This document shows, one piece after another, positions 35,096 through 42,510 of a DNA stretch of 57,853 nucleotides (position 1 is its first letter; each line of letters opens with the position of its first letter). The position numbers were made by a program, and so were the translations under genes. The DNA lies in NCBI GenBank assembly GCA_964565795.1, contig CAZMGC010000002.1:1-57853 (forward strand), written 5' to 3'. The notes under the pieces were generated by a model. The model had not been told where the DNA came from, did not search any database, and was given only the letters and a program-made list of their open reading frames with translations. The DNA comes from an uncultured Gammaproteobacteria bacterium (GTDB taxonomy: Bacteria > Patescibacteriota > Microgenomatia > Levybacterales > UBA12049).

Positions 35096-35368
35096 TTATT
35101 TAAGTCTTAGTAAAAGGTGTCTTAAAACTTTGTCATCATTGAGAAGCTTAGTCTCAAAACCCTTATCTACGACTTCGTCTGTTGTAATATTCCAGTTATA
35201 AAATGCTCCACTTACTTCTTTTTTGATAGGATAAGCTAAGGCTTTTTGGCCCCAAGACTTTTCTTCGATTTTTGCTTTTCCAAATTGAGATTTAATACTT
35301 TCAACAAGTTTCTTTACTTCCGCTTCTTTAAGAGTTGTTTTAAGTACGAATGTTAATTGGTAAATCAT
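35096..35368 (-). CDS. rpsF: 30S ribosomal protein S6
   Basis: MIYQLTFVLKT...WGQKALAYPIKK. The start is placed at the internal ATG matching S6 N-termini. The track's upstream start (35392) is an alternative. Confidence 0.85.
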   Translation of the reverse strand: MIYQLTFVLKTTLKEAEVKKLVESIKSQFGKAKIEEKSWGQKALAYPIKKEVSGAFYNWNITTDEVVDKGFETKLLNDDKVLRHLLLRLK

Positions 35369-35436
35369 TTTTGTTAGAGTTAATATTAACATAAATTAAG
35401 GCTAAAAACAACCAGATATTGTGTTAAGATAAATTA

Positions 35437-36027
35437 ATGTTTGACGCATTAGTGGTACTAGGAAAAAACATAGGAATTGGTTGGACTAGGGAAAAAATTC
35501 GTAAAACTCCAAATTTTCTTTCTGATAGATCCGAATTAAGCGTTTTTGCTACAGGTTTATTATTTAAAACTGGAAATTTTAATAAGATTATTTTTTCAGG
35601 TGGTAAAACAGCGGGTGTTGATTTCCCCTCTGAGGCCCGTGCAATGAAAGATTTTTTACTTAAAGAATTTCCAGAAATTCCAGGGGACAAGATAATCTTA
35701 GAAGAGAATTCTTTCGACACTATAGAAAATGCTACTGAAGTAAAAAAGATACTTAAGGATATAGGAATTAATCAAACTATTGGGTTAACGACAAATGAAT
35801 TTGCAAAACGAGCAAAAATGGTTTTTAAAAAAGAGGGTTTAAGAATAGATTTTCTTAAAGTTAATGATGCGTTAAAAAGATTAAGCCCTGAAACTTACGA
35901 AAAACATAAATATAAAAAAAATGTTCTTGAGGTACTTTATGAAAACTGGGCTTATCTAATTATTTTAACTCCTATAGCAAGACAGATTGCGCATTATATG
36001 ATTAGAAAAATGAGGTCTAAAGATTAG
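35437..36027 (+). CDS. DUF218/YdcF-family protein
   Basis: GG.TAG...SEARAMKDFL...ILEENSFDTIENA pattern. Extended -10 TGtTAAGAT (35422-35430) lies 6 nt from the ATG. Confidence 0.7.
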   Translation: MFDALVVLGKNIGIGWTREKIRKTPNFLSDRSELSVFATGLLFKTGNFNKIIFSGGKTAGVDFPSEARAMKDFLLKEFPEIPGDKIILEENSFDTIENATEVKKILKDIGINQTIGLTTNEFAKRAKMVFKKEGLRIDFLKVNDALKRLSPETYEKHKYKKNVLEVLYENWAYLIILTPIARQIAHYMIRKMRSKD

Positions 36028-36079
36028 GTTCCAATTTTACTTGTCCTTCCGAAGCTTTAGCGAAGGTGGAAATTCAACC

Positions 36080-37177
36080 TTATGTTCCAATCTTAAATTC
36101 AACTACATCTCCATCTTTTACTATGTAATCTCGTCCTTCTAGCTGAGCTTTTCCATTTTCGCGTGCTCCCTTCCAGCCATTAAACTCCACAAATGGATCA
36201 AATCCGACGACTTCGGCTTTAATAAATTTCTTAATAAAATCTGTATGAATTTCTCCCGCTGCGAGCTGAGCGTTAATGCCTTTACGAATTGTCCAAGCTC
36301 TAACCTCTTTCTCCCCTGCTGTTAAAAAAGAAATAAGACCTAATTCTTGATAAGCTTTTTGAATTAGTCTTTGAAGGCCTGAAAATTCTAATCCCAAATC
36401 TTTTAAGTATTCGATTTGCTCTTCGTTAGACAAGCTCGCGAGTTCAGCTTCAATTTTTGCAGAAATCACGACTACTTTTTCTTGTCTTACATTTAGTTTT
36501 TCAGAGTAATCTTTTGCAATCTGATCAATTTTAGAAGAATTATAATCTGATTCTGAAACATTTAAAACTATAATTTCAGGTTTATTTGTTAGAAGAAATA
36601 AATCGCGGGTCGCTTCTTTTTCTTCTTCCGTTAAATCAATGTCATAAGCTCGTTTTCCAGAATTTAATCCCTCTAGCAATTTTTCTGCACCTGATTTTTT
36701 ATGAGGTTCAAGTTTTCTATTTTCTAAAGTTTTCCCTAGAGTTTGTATATCAGCTAAAGCAAGTTCTGTATTTATTGTTTCATAATCCTCTTTAACTCCA
36801 ACACTTCCCTCGCGGACAATGTCACCATCTTCAAAAGCTCTTACGACATGTGCAATAACTGATACTTCACGGATATGTGAGAGAAATTTGTTACCTAACC
36901 CAGCGCCTTCAGAGGCACCCTTAACCAAACCTGCAATATCTACGAAATTAACAGTCGCGGGTTTAATTGGAGGCAAATTATCCATTTTTTCCTCTGACAT
37001 TGTAATCTCGGCAAGTTTTTCCAAACGAGAATCTGGAACAGGAACTACTCCGACATTTGGCTCAATTGTCGCGAATGGATAATTAGCAACAAGTGCTTGC
37101 TGCCTTTTTAAAAGCGCGTTAAACAATGTAGACTTACCTACATTTGGCAGACCCACAATTCCAATACTTAAATTCAT
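36080..37177 (-). CDS. ychF: ribosome-binding ATPase YchF
   Basis: [18 protein letters not shown], a TGS-like C-terminus. TATAAT (37185-37190) lies 7 nt upstream of the ATG. Confidence 0.93.
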   Translation of the reverse strand: MNLSIGIVGLPNVGKSTLFNALLKRQQALVANYPFATIEPNVGVVPVPDSRLEKLAEITMSEEKMDNLPPIKPATVNFVDIAGLVKGASEGAGLGNKFLSHIREVSVIAHVVRAFEDGDIVREGSVGVKEDYETINTELALADIQTLGKTLENRKLEPHKKSGAEKLLEGLNSGKRAYDIDLTEEEKEATRDLFLLTNKPEIIVLNVSESDYNSSKIDQIAKDYSEKLNVRQEKVVVISAKIEAELASLSNEEQIEYLKDLGLEFSGLQRLIQKAYQELGLISFLTAGEKEVRAWTIRKGINAQLAAGEIHTDFIKKFIKAEVVGFDPFVEFNGWKGARENGKAQLEGRDYIVKDGDVVEFKIGT

Positions 37178-37192
37178 GAGGCTAATTATATC

Positions 37193-37222
37193 AAAAAAAG
37201 AACCTCGCTTTGCGAGGTTCTT
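37193..37222 (-). terminator. rho-independent terminator for ORF 37243-37458
   Basis: An 11-bp stem AAGAACCTCGC/GCGAGGTTCTT, followed on the minus strand by a T7 run. Confidence 0.75.
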
Positions 37223-37242
37223 AAAAAATTTTCATTTTATAA

Positions 37243-37458
37243 TTATTTTTTCTTACTCTTGCTTTTCTTAACGTCTTTTTTGATAAGGCCTGTCATCTCA
37301 CCACTTTTACTAACTAAATTATTTACGACGCCGGTTACATTCTCAAGATTCTTTTTATCTTTAAGCGTAACTACTCCCACTACTGCTGCACCAGCTCCAA
37401 CTACTACACCAGTTACTGCTGCTAATAATGGATTTACTCCGTTTTTCTTTTTTGCCAT
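37243..37458 (-). CDS. small Gly/Val-rich membrane-associated protein (YtxH-like)
   Basis: A strong SD GGAGGTGA lies upstream. The hydrophobic stretch is LLAAVTGVVVGAGAAVVGVV and the tail is Lys-rich. Confidence 0.65.
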   Translation of the reverse strand: MAKKKNGVNPLLAAVTGVVVGAGAAVVGVVTLKDKKNLENVTGVVNNLVSKSGEMTGLIKKDVKKSKSKKK

Positions 37459-37517
37459 TTAATTCACCTCCTCTGTATCCAGCATATCATTATTTAATAT
37501 CAGTTGTATATAAAAAT

Positions 37518-37546
37518 TTGACAAACAATTTCACTAAGCATATATT
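37518..37546 (+). promoter_or_regulatory. consensus sigma70 promoter driving a leaderless start
   Basis: TTGACA, 17 nt, TATATT, then 8 nt to ATG 37555. Confidence 0.6.
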
Positions 37547-37554
37547 GAATTACG

Positions 37555-37953
37555 ATGGCTAAAATATTGTTAATTGAAGACGACAAAACTCAAGCTGATA
37601 TTTATCTAACCAGATTACTCGCAGAAGGTTTCGGAGCTGCTTGGGCTCAGGATGGCGAGTTAGGACTTAAGATGGCTTTAGAACACCATCCTACAGTCAT
37701 CGTTCTAGACATAATGATGCCTAAGATGAATGGCATTAGCGTTTTGGAAGCACTTCGTAAAGATCAGTGGGGCGCTACAGTACCTGTTATAATTCTTACC
37801 AATCTTGATCCCACACATGAATTAACAGATAAGGTCTATAGAAATAGCGCTTCCTTCTTTCTCCTGAAGCAAGCTACTGATCCTCAACTTCTAATTGAAA
37901 AAATAAATGAAATTTTATCTAAAACCCCTCAAGAAAACCCCCAAATTGTTTAA
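37555..37953 (+). CDS. stand-alone response-regulator receiver (CheY-like)
   Basis: ILLIEDD, VLDIMMPKMNG (phospho-acceptor Asp) and the ILTN block are present. There is no output domain. Confidence 0.85.
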   Translation: MAKILLIEDDKTQADIYLTRLLAEGFGAAWAQDGELGLKMALEHHPTVIVLDIMMPKMNGISVLEALRKDQWGATVPVIILTNLDPTHELTDKVYRNSASFFLLKQATDPQLLIEKINEILSKTPQENPQIV

Positions 37954-37965
37954 ATTTACATTTTC

Positions 37966-38397
37966 TTAAGATTTTTTCTTTAAAATTTCAAAACCTTTTC
38001 TAATTACATTTCCCTCCTGATCATTATCTTTATAATATTGGTCCACTTCCTCCTCTGTTATCCAAGCGTGTTCTTCGTGGTCTTCGCGGTTTAGTGGAAT
38101 TACCTGATCTGGATTTTTCATCTGTGCAAAATATAAAACTTCTATCACGTGATCGCGCCCTTCATTCATGAGATACGTAAACTCTGCGTAAGGCTCACCC
38201 AAAATTATTTCTATATTAAATTCCTCTATCAGTTCTCTTTTTAGGCAATCTTTTACTGTCTCACCAAACTCAACATGTACACCCGGAAGTTCCCATTTTC
38301 CAGGAAGAAAAGACTTCGTAAGAGCTCTTTTCCCAATCAAAACTTTCCCGTCTTTATGAAGAAAAACACACGCAGTAATTACTTGCCTATTGTCCAT
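37966..38397 (-). CDS. Nudix hydrolase (MutT-like)
   Basis: The Nudix box is GVHVEFGETVKDCLKRELIEEFN. Confidence 0.85.
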   Translation of the reverse strand: MDNRQVITACVFLHKDGKVLIGKRALTKSFLPGKWELPGVHVEFGETVKDCLKRELIEEFNIEIILGEPYAEFTYLMNEGRDHVIEVLYFAQMKNPDQVIPLNREDHEEHAWITEEEVDQYYKDNDQEGNVIRKGFEILKKKS

Positions 38398-38442
38398 GGA
38401 TTAAATTATAACATTTGAACTAAATATTGAGAATTTTAGAAA

Positions 38443-38873
38443 CTAATTTTGCGGATATTCACCAAACTCATTCATGCACTCAGCCGTAAATAAAGCAAGT
38501 GTAATTTTTAAAGTAATCAATTTTTTCCCAGATTCTTTTAATGCACGTAAAGCAGCTAAAGATCTTTTCAAACCGTCAATTATTAAAATTGGCTCGTCTT
38601 CTTTTGTTCTTACTCCAAAAATTGTAAAAAAGAAAAACCATTAGATAAAATTTTTCTTTTATAATCTTCAACAAAGGATTCCTCATGAGATCCTAACTTA
38701 TTCGAAATAAAGTGACTAATTCTTTTATCATTTTTTAATTTCGGAGGATAAAATTCCTTAAGTAAGTCAGGATCAATAATATTGATAATTTTAAAATCCT
38801 TATTTTGCGACTTGTGAAATAAAAGGATAGCGTTTGTGATCCATGCTGACGCATTAGGGTCTACCAGATTCAT
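38443..38873 (-). pseudogene. frameshifted gene of unknown function (weak phosphoribosyltransferase-like C-terminal half)
   Basis: The 87-aa ORF (38610-38873) stops in a T/A-run. A second frame, open from about 38640, continues as ...VRTKEDEPILIIDGLKRSLAALRALKESGKKLITL...EYPQN*. A 1-nt shift in the homopolymer region would join the two. Confidence 0.5.
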
Positions 38874-38879
38874 GAGGCT

Positions 38880-38908
38880 AATTTACTCCCCTTTTGCTTC
38901 GGTGTCAA
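38880..38908 (-). promoter_or_regulatory. consensus sigma70 promoter driving a leaderless start
   Basis: On the minus strand: TTGACA-CCGAAGCAAAAGGGGAG-TAAATT, then 6 nt to ATG 38873. Confidence 0.6.
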
Positions 38909-38937
38909 GAATTTAATTTCAGTTTGAAATTGAAAAG

Positions 38938-38946
38938 TGGTATAAT
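38938..38946 (+). promoter_or_regulatory. extended -10 promoter element
   Basis: TGgTATAAT, then 10 nt to ATG 38957. It is divergent from the 38880-38908 promoter. Confidence 0.5.
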
Positions 38947-38956
38947 CCCACGCATT

Positions 38957-39544
38957 ATGGAAGGAATGCATGGAGGCTACTATGACGGTGGAGCAAGTGA
39001 TACCCGTGAACCAGGAATACTATCTACCGCTGAATTGATCGCACGGGAAGCAGAAGATGAACTAATGGAAATGGTGAGACAAAATCCAGATTTGATAGCT
39101 TATGTTTCTCAAGCCAACATCAGACAGGCTGCTAATCTACTTACCAAGCTTCAAAGAAGGCTAAAACAAGATCCAGGTTATTTTGAAGATGTTCTGAATG
39201 CGCTTAGAAAAAGATCTGCGGATAATCCAGGAGCTCGCGCTCTATACATAGATCCACTATCCCCTTTAGTCTTAACTCAATCACCAGAAGGACTTGAAGG
39301 ATTTATTCCAGTTTTAGGATGCACTCTTCAGGCACTTCACGATTTAAGAGGATATCTTAATGGTCCTAATATAGTTCACTCTGAAGGAGATTATGTTCTT
39401 TATGCTTATGAACAAATGGAAAGAAATCCAGATGCACTTATAAAATATGAACATACTCCAATTGAGTACGTAGCTATGGCTTCTGCCAGCTTTACAAATG
39501 AAACATTCCGCTTCAGAATCCAAGGAGATCAACTAGCATCATGA
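38957..39544 (+). CDS. hypothetical protein (195 aa), G+C-richer
   Basis: The start is placed at MEGMHGG, downstream of the -10 box. The track's 38894 start would lie inside the promoter region. Confidence 0.6.
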   Translation: MEGMHGGYYDGGASDTREPGILSTAELIAREAEDELMEMVRQNPDLIAYVSQANIRQAANLLTKLQRRLKQDPGYFEDVLNALRKRSADNPGARALYIDPLSPLVLTQSPEGLEGFIPVLGCTLQALHDLRGYLNGPNIVHSEGDYVLYAYEQMERNPDALIKYEHTPIEYVAMASASFTNETFRFRIQGDQLAS

Positions 39545-39569
39545 TAATTTTACTCTAAGGCACAACCTG

Positions 39570-39592
39570 CTCCCCTTTTGCTTCGGTGTCAA
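39570..39592 (-). repeat. orphan copy of the 23-nt promoter element TTGACACCGAAGCAAAAGGGGAG
   Basis: Identical 23-mer to 38886-38908. A 19/23 copy lies at 41327-41349 and a related copy sits in the promoter at 41997-42018. This one has no good -10 and points antisense into ORF 38957-39544. Confidence 0.85.
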
Positions 39593-39595
39593 TTG

Positions 39596-39940
39596 TTAGA
39601 ATACTCTTTTAATATGGCTTGGAAAAGATTCAGCAAGCATTGCATTACTTTCATCTATGATTGCTTGTGCCTCGTTAACAGAAAGATCAGCTTGCTTTGC
39701 AGCATCCTCTATGGAATATGCTCCCATCATTCTCCACATAGCTGCCGCATTTTGTAAAGGCAAATGTGCTAGCGTATGAATAAGAGCTCTTCTATAAATT
39801 GCTCCAGTATTTTCATAATCTATCCTAGCTTTATCAATTTTCCTTTGTCTTTGAATATCTATTGGAATGACAGATGAATCAGTTGGCTCTGGCACAAAAG
39901 GTGGCAAAATTTTTAAGTGGTCTGGTCTAGGCCTTTCCAT
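39596..39940 (-). CDS. small sigma70-region-4-like HTH protein (114 aa), paralog of 41346-41651
   Basis: Starts MERPRPDHLKILPP. HLPLQNAAAMWRMMGAYSIEDAAKQADLSVNEAQAIIDESNAMLAESF resembles ECF sigma region 4.2. Confidence 0.6.
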   Translation of the reverse strand: MERPRPDHLKILPPFVPEPTDSSVIPIDIQRQRKIDKARIDYENTGAIYRRALIHTLAHLPLQNAAAMWRMMGAYSIEDAAKQADLSVNEAQAIIDESNAMLAESFPSHIKRVF

Positions 39941-39947
39941 CTCGAGA

Positions 39948-39977
39948 ATATTATTTCACTTTTTATTTCGAAGTCAA
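39948..39977 (-). promoter_or_regulatory. sigma70 promoter driving a leaderless start
   Basis: TTGACT-TCGAAATAAAAAGTGAAA-TAATAT, then 7 nt to the ATG. It is nearly identical to the promoter at 41659-41688. Confidence 0.6.
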
Positions 39978-39979
39978 GA

Positions 39980-40762
39980 TTAGGCGAAGACTTGCTGAGT
40001 AACAAGAGTATGTCGGGCTACTTTTTGCATTTGAGCAAATGCTTCAATGGTAGGAGTTAGGGTATGTGAAATAAATTCAACTGCACTTGCTTGACCTGTC
40101 CCTACTCCTAATACCAAAAGTGCAGAGGGAAGATCTCTTTCTGCGAGACCCACCATCATATTCTGCAAATGCTCAGGGGTATCAAACCCTGAATCGGCAA
40201 ACAATTGTGTTTCTTCTTTCACCACATCTGCTGGCAAATCTACAAGCGTAGCCAATTTGGCAAAAACAGGAAGCACATCTGTCTCTTCAGAAGCAGAATG
40301 TAAAACTTCTAGATCTGCTTCAACACCTTTACTTGTCAGTCTCGGATAAAGACCAAGTACTGCCATTGGCTCTGTAACCTGATCACTAGTTAGTCGAAAT
40401 CTTGTATAAAGCTTCCCTGCTTTACCTTGAGCGATCAGTCTCATTTGCTCTTCATTTGTAAGACCTCTTAATCTATTAAAAAGCTCTCTATCATCTGAGC
40501 CTGCTTTTTCTGGTTGAGCTCCTAAGATCTCTCCGAGGGGACCATCCATAGCTCCTAGAAAAAGTTCGACTAATTCACCATTCATAGGAACGATTCTTCC
40601 ATCATCCAAAACTTCACCAAATGAAGTATTTACACTTGGAACAAATATAACTCTTGCAGATCTGATTAAAGCCGAGTCGCGATTACCTACCGCGCCTCTG
40701 TCTTTCCATTCTTTCCAATATCTTTGATTACCTGGTTCTCTTGCTTTCAACTCTGCGCTCAT
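39980..40762 (-). CDS. hypothetical protein (260 aa), G+C-richer
   Basis: Long ORF. The C-terminal VARHTLVTQQVFA is related to the tails of ORFs 5878-6651 and 41695-41982. Confidence 0.6.
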   Translation of the reverse strand: MSAELKAREPGNQRYWKEWKDRGAVGNRDSALIRSARVIFVPSVNTSFGEVLDDGRIVPMNGELVELFLGAMDGPLGEILGAQPEKAGSDDRELFNRLRGLTNEEQMRLIAQGKAGKLYTRFRLTSDQVTEPMAVLGLYPRLTSKGVEADLEVLHSASEETDVLPVFAKLATLVDLPADVVKEETQLFADSGFDTPEHLQNMMVGLAERDLPSALLVLGVGTGQASAVEFISHTLTPTIEAFAQMQKVARHTLVTQQVFA

Positions 40763-40770
40763 AAATGTGG

Positions 40771-40799
40771 ATTATACTTCCCTTAATCTAGAAAGTCAA
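40771..40799 (-). promoter_or_regulatory. consensus sigma70 promoter driving a leaderless start
   Basis: TTGACT, 17 nt, TATAAT, then 8 nt to ATG 40762. Confidence 0.65.
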
Positions 40800-40816
40800 A
40801 AAAATATATTTCCTGA

Positions 40817-40844
40817 TTGATTAAAATTCACAAAGATATATAAT
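40817..40844 (+). promoter_or_regulatory. sigma70 promoter driving a leaderless start
   Basis: TTGATT, 16 nt, TATAAT (40839-40844), then 7 nt to ATG 40852. Confidence 0.55.
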
Positions 40845-40851
40845 GCCGATC

Positions 40852-41325
40852 ATGGAATCAAGATTCGCTAAAAGAATGGGATATCAAGAAGCAAGACCAG
40901 TGCCTGACATAACAATTGTTAGAAGCTATGTGCCGGCAGATGCTGTAACTAGACTTGGTGCAGAAGTGGAAAGACTTAGAGCTGCTGAATCTAACCCTAC
41001 GGATGATGTAAATCTTCAAATGTATTCAGCTCTTACAGAAAATCTCAGACAAAGAAAACCAATTATGATTGCTCCTGTAGTAGTTGAAGAAACTGTTTAT
41101 CCAATAGTCGTAGTTCTTACTTTTGGAAATCGTGAAGGAACTGGCAGTGCCGAATCATCATTTGGCGTAATGGTAGAAGATGGGGAAGTATTAATAGATC
41201 ACTTATTTAATGGTGATGATCATCAAGGCTCTCCAGAATTAAGAGATGAATACGTAGGAAAATTAAAAGAACATTTAAAGCAGGGTCATAGACTTACATT
41301 TTTTCCTCCACGCCTTCTAACCTAA
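40852..41325 (+). CDS. hypothetical protein (157 aa), G+C-richer
   Basis: The start is placed at MESRF. The track's ATG 40843 lies inside the -10 box. Confidence 0.6.
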   Translation: MESRFAKRMGYQEARPVPDITIVRSYVPADAVTRLGAEVERLRAAESNPTDDVNLQMYSALTENLRQRKPIMIAPVVVEETVYPIVVVLTFGNREGTGSAESSFGVMVEDGEVLIDHLFNGDDHQGSPELRDEYVGKLKEHLKQGHRLTFFPPRLLT

Positions 41326-41345
41326 GCTGCCTTTATGTTTCGGTG

Positions 41346-41651
41346 TCAAGATTTTTTATGCTTAGGAAAAATTTGGCTGTATGTGGGAAAATCTTCCAAG
41401 AGCCTCGTTTTTCCAGCTACAAAGCTATCCCTGAAAACTTCTTCAGACATTCCACTTCTTTTTATAGCATCGTCTACAGATTCAGCACCGGTTGCAGACC
41501 ACATCGCATTCGCCTGATCTAGTGTCAATCTTGAAAAAGCCTTTATTCTTAATCTATATAAAAAAGCTTCTGATCTCTCTTCTCTAGTCATGGGTCTTCT
41601 ATTTTTTACTTCAAGTGGAGGGAGTAGCGTTAAGTGTTTCGGTCTTTCCAT
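41346..41651 (-). CDS. small sigma70-region-4-like HTH protein (101 aa), paralog of 39596-39940
   Basis: Starts MERPKHLTLLPP. LTLDQANAMWSATGAESVDDAIKRSGMSEEVFRDSFVAGKTRLLEDF aligns with the paralog and with sigma region 4.2. Confidence 0.6.
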   Translation of the reverse strand: MERPKHLTLLPPLEVKNRRPMTREERSEAFLYRLRIKAFSRLTLDQANAMWSATGAESVDDAIKRSGMSEEVFRDSFVAGKTRLLEDFPTYSQIFPKHKKS

Positions 41652-41658
41652 TTCGTGT

Positions 41659-41688
41659 GTATTATTTCACTTTCTGCTTCGAAGTCAA
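41659..41688 (-). promoter_or_regulatory. sigma70 promoter driving a leaderless start
   Basis: TTGACT-TCGAAGCAGAAAGTGAAA-TAATAC, then 7 nt to ATG 41651. Confidence 0.6.
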
Positions 41689-41694
41689 TGCTAA

Positions 41695-41982
41695 TTATCC
41701 TTGTGGGTTTTGTGACTGAGTTGTTAGGATTCTTCTGGCGATTGTCCCTCCACCAACACTCATTAATCCTCTTGAATCACCAATTAACACTTGAGGATTA
41801 TTAATTTGTGCAGTAGGTCTTATGTCAACAATTGAGGTTCGGACTCTTCTGTGATTCCCTCCTGCTTGAAAAAATACATCTACTTGATCACCTGGCTGCA
41901 ATTCTCTTACCTTAGTATAGGGTCCCCTTCTTCTGCCATCAAACCCAAGTGATTCTATTGAAATTCCATATCGTTTTTCCAT
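41695..41982 (-). CDS. hypothetical small protein (95 aa)
   Basis: Its C-terminal tail IARRILTTQSQNPQG is shared with ORF 5878-6651. Confidence 0.6.
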   Translation of the reverse strand: MEKRYGISIESLGFDGRRRGPYTKVRELQPGDQVDVFFQAGGNHRRVRTSIVDIRPTAQINNPQVLIGDSRGLMSVGGGTIARRILTTQSQNPQG

Positions 41983-41990
41983 GGCTATGA

Positions 41991-42018
41991 ATTATACATC
42001 CTTTTGCTTAGGTGTCAA
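41991..42018 (-). promoter_or_regulatory. consensus sigma70 promoter driving a leaderless start
   Basis: TTGACA-CCTAAGCAAAAGGATG-TATAAT, then 8 nt to ATG 41982. Confidence 0.65.
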
Positions 42019-42024
42019 TATTAA

Positions 42025-42435
42025 TTAAAAATTTCGGGGGTCTTCTTGCGGATCTGATCTTCTCTGTATTGGCCTTAAATCCATAACTGATCTATCGTTA
42101 AAAACTGTAATATCATATGGAGTTTGGGATCTTGGTGTATTTGGGTCAAATTCTCGCCCCTCTGAATAATTAATTCTGGTGTGTAGTCCTCTCTGTTCTG
42201 CAAAATCCATTAATCTTTTTCCTACAGCCATAATCATCACGCTTCCAAGTAAAGGAAGTGAAACACCAGGATCATCTATTCTTCTATCTGCATAGTCTAG
42301 AACAAATGAAATTCCATAATTTACAAAAGCAGCTGCGCCCACAGTTAAAAGAGTGGCGCCGGCTCCTTTAACCATATCCGATGAAGGTTCTTTAGCTAGA
42401 TCTTTTGATAATGTAGTTACTTCTACTTTCGACAT
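42025..42435 (-). CDS. hypothetical membrane protein (136 aa)
   Basis: Two hydrophobic segments: GATLLTVGAAAFVNYGISFVL and LPLLGSVMIMAVG. Confidence 0.6.
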   Translation of the reverse strand: MSKVEVTTLSKDLAKEPSSDMVKGAGATLLTVGAAAFVNYGISFVLDYADRRIDDPGVSLPLLGSVMIMAVGKRLMDFAEQRGLHTRINYSEGREFDPNTPRSQTPYDITVFNDRSVMDLRPIQRRSDPQEDPRNF

Positions 42436-42441
42436 GAGCGT

Positions 42442-42470
42442 AATCTACTCCTCTTTTATTTTAAAGTCAA
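42442..42470 (-). promoter_or_regulatory. sigma70 promoter driving a leaderless start
   Basis: TTGACT, 17 nt, TAGATT, then 6 nt to ATG 42435. Confidence 0.6.
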
Positions 42471-42510
42471 GAATGGAAGAATTTATATTCTAAAATGCTA
42501 GAATTAATAA

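Noticed and set aside
38886-38902. Reading the purine-rich AAAAGGGGAG / AAAGAGGAG strings upstream of island genes as Shine-Dalgarno sites.
   Set aside because: They lie 12-17 nt or more from the start codons, which is too far. They sit exactly between -35 and -10 hexamers with canonical 16-18-nt spacing, so they are promoter spacers.
38894-38956. N-terminal extension of ORF 38894-39544 (MLRCQEFNFSLKLKSGIIPRI...).
   Set aside because: The extension would be translated from the divergent promoter region itself. It overlaps the TTGACA of the minus-strand promoter and the TGgTATAAT at 38938-38946. ATG 38957 fits the window-wide -10-to-start spacing. The same logic rejects ATG 40843 and ATG 46080.
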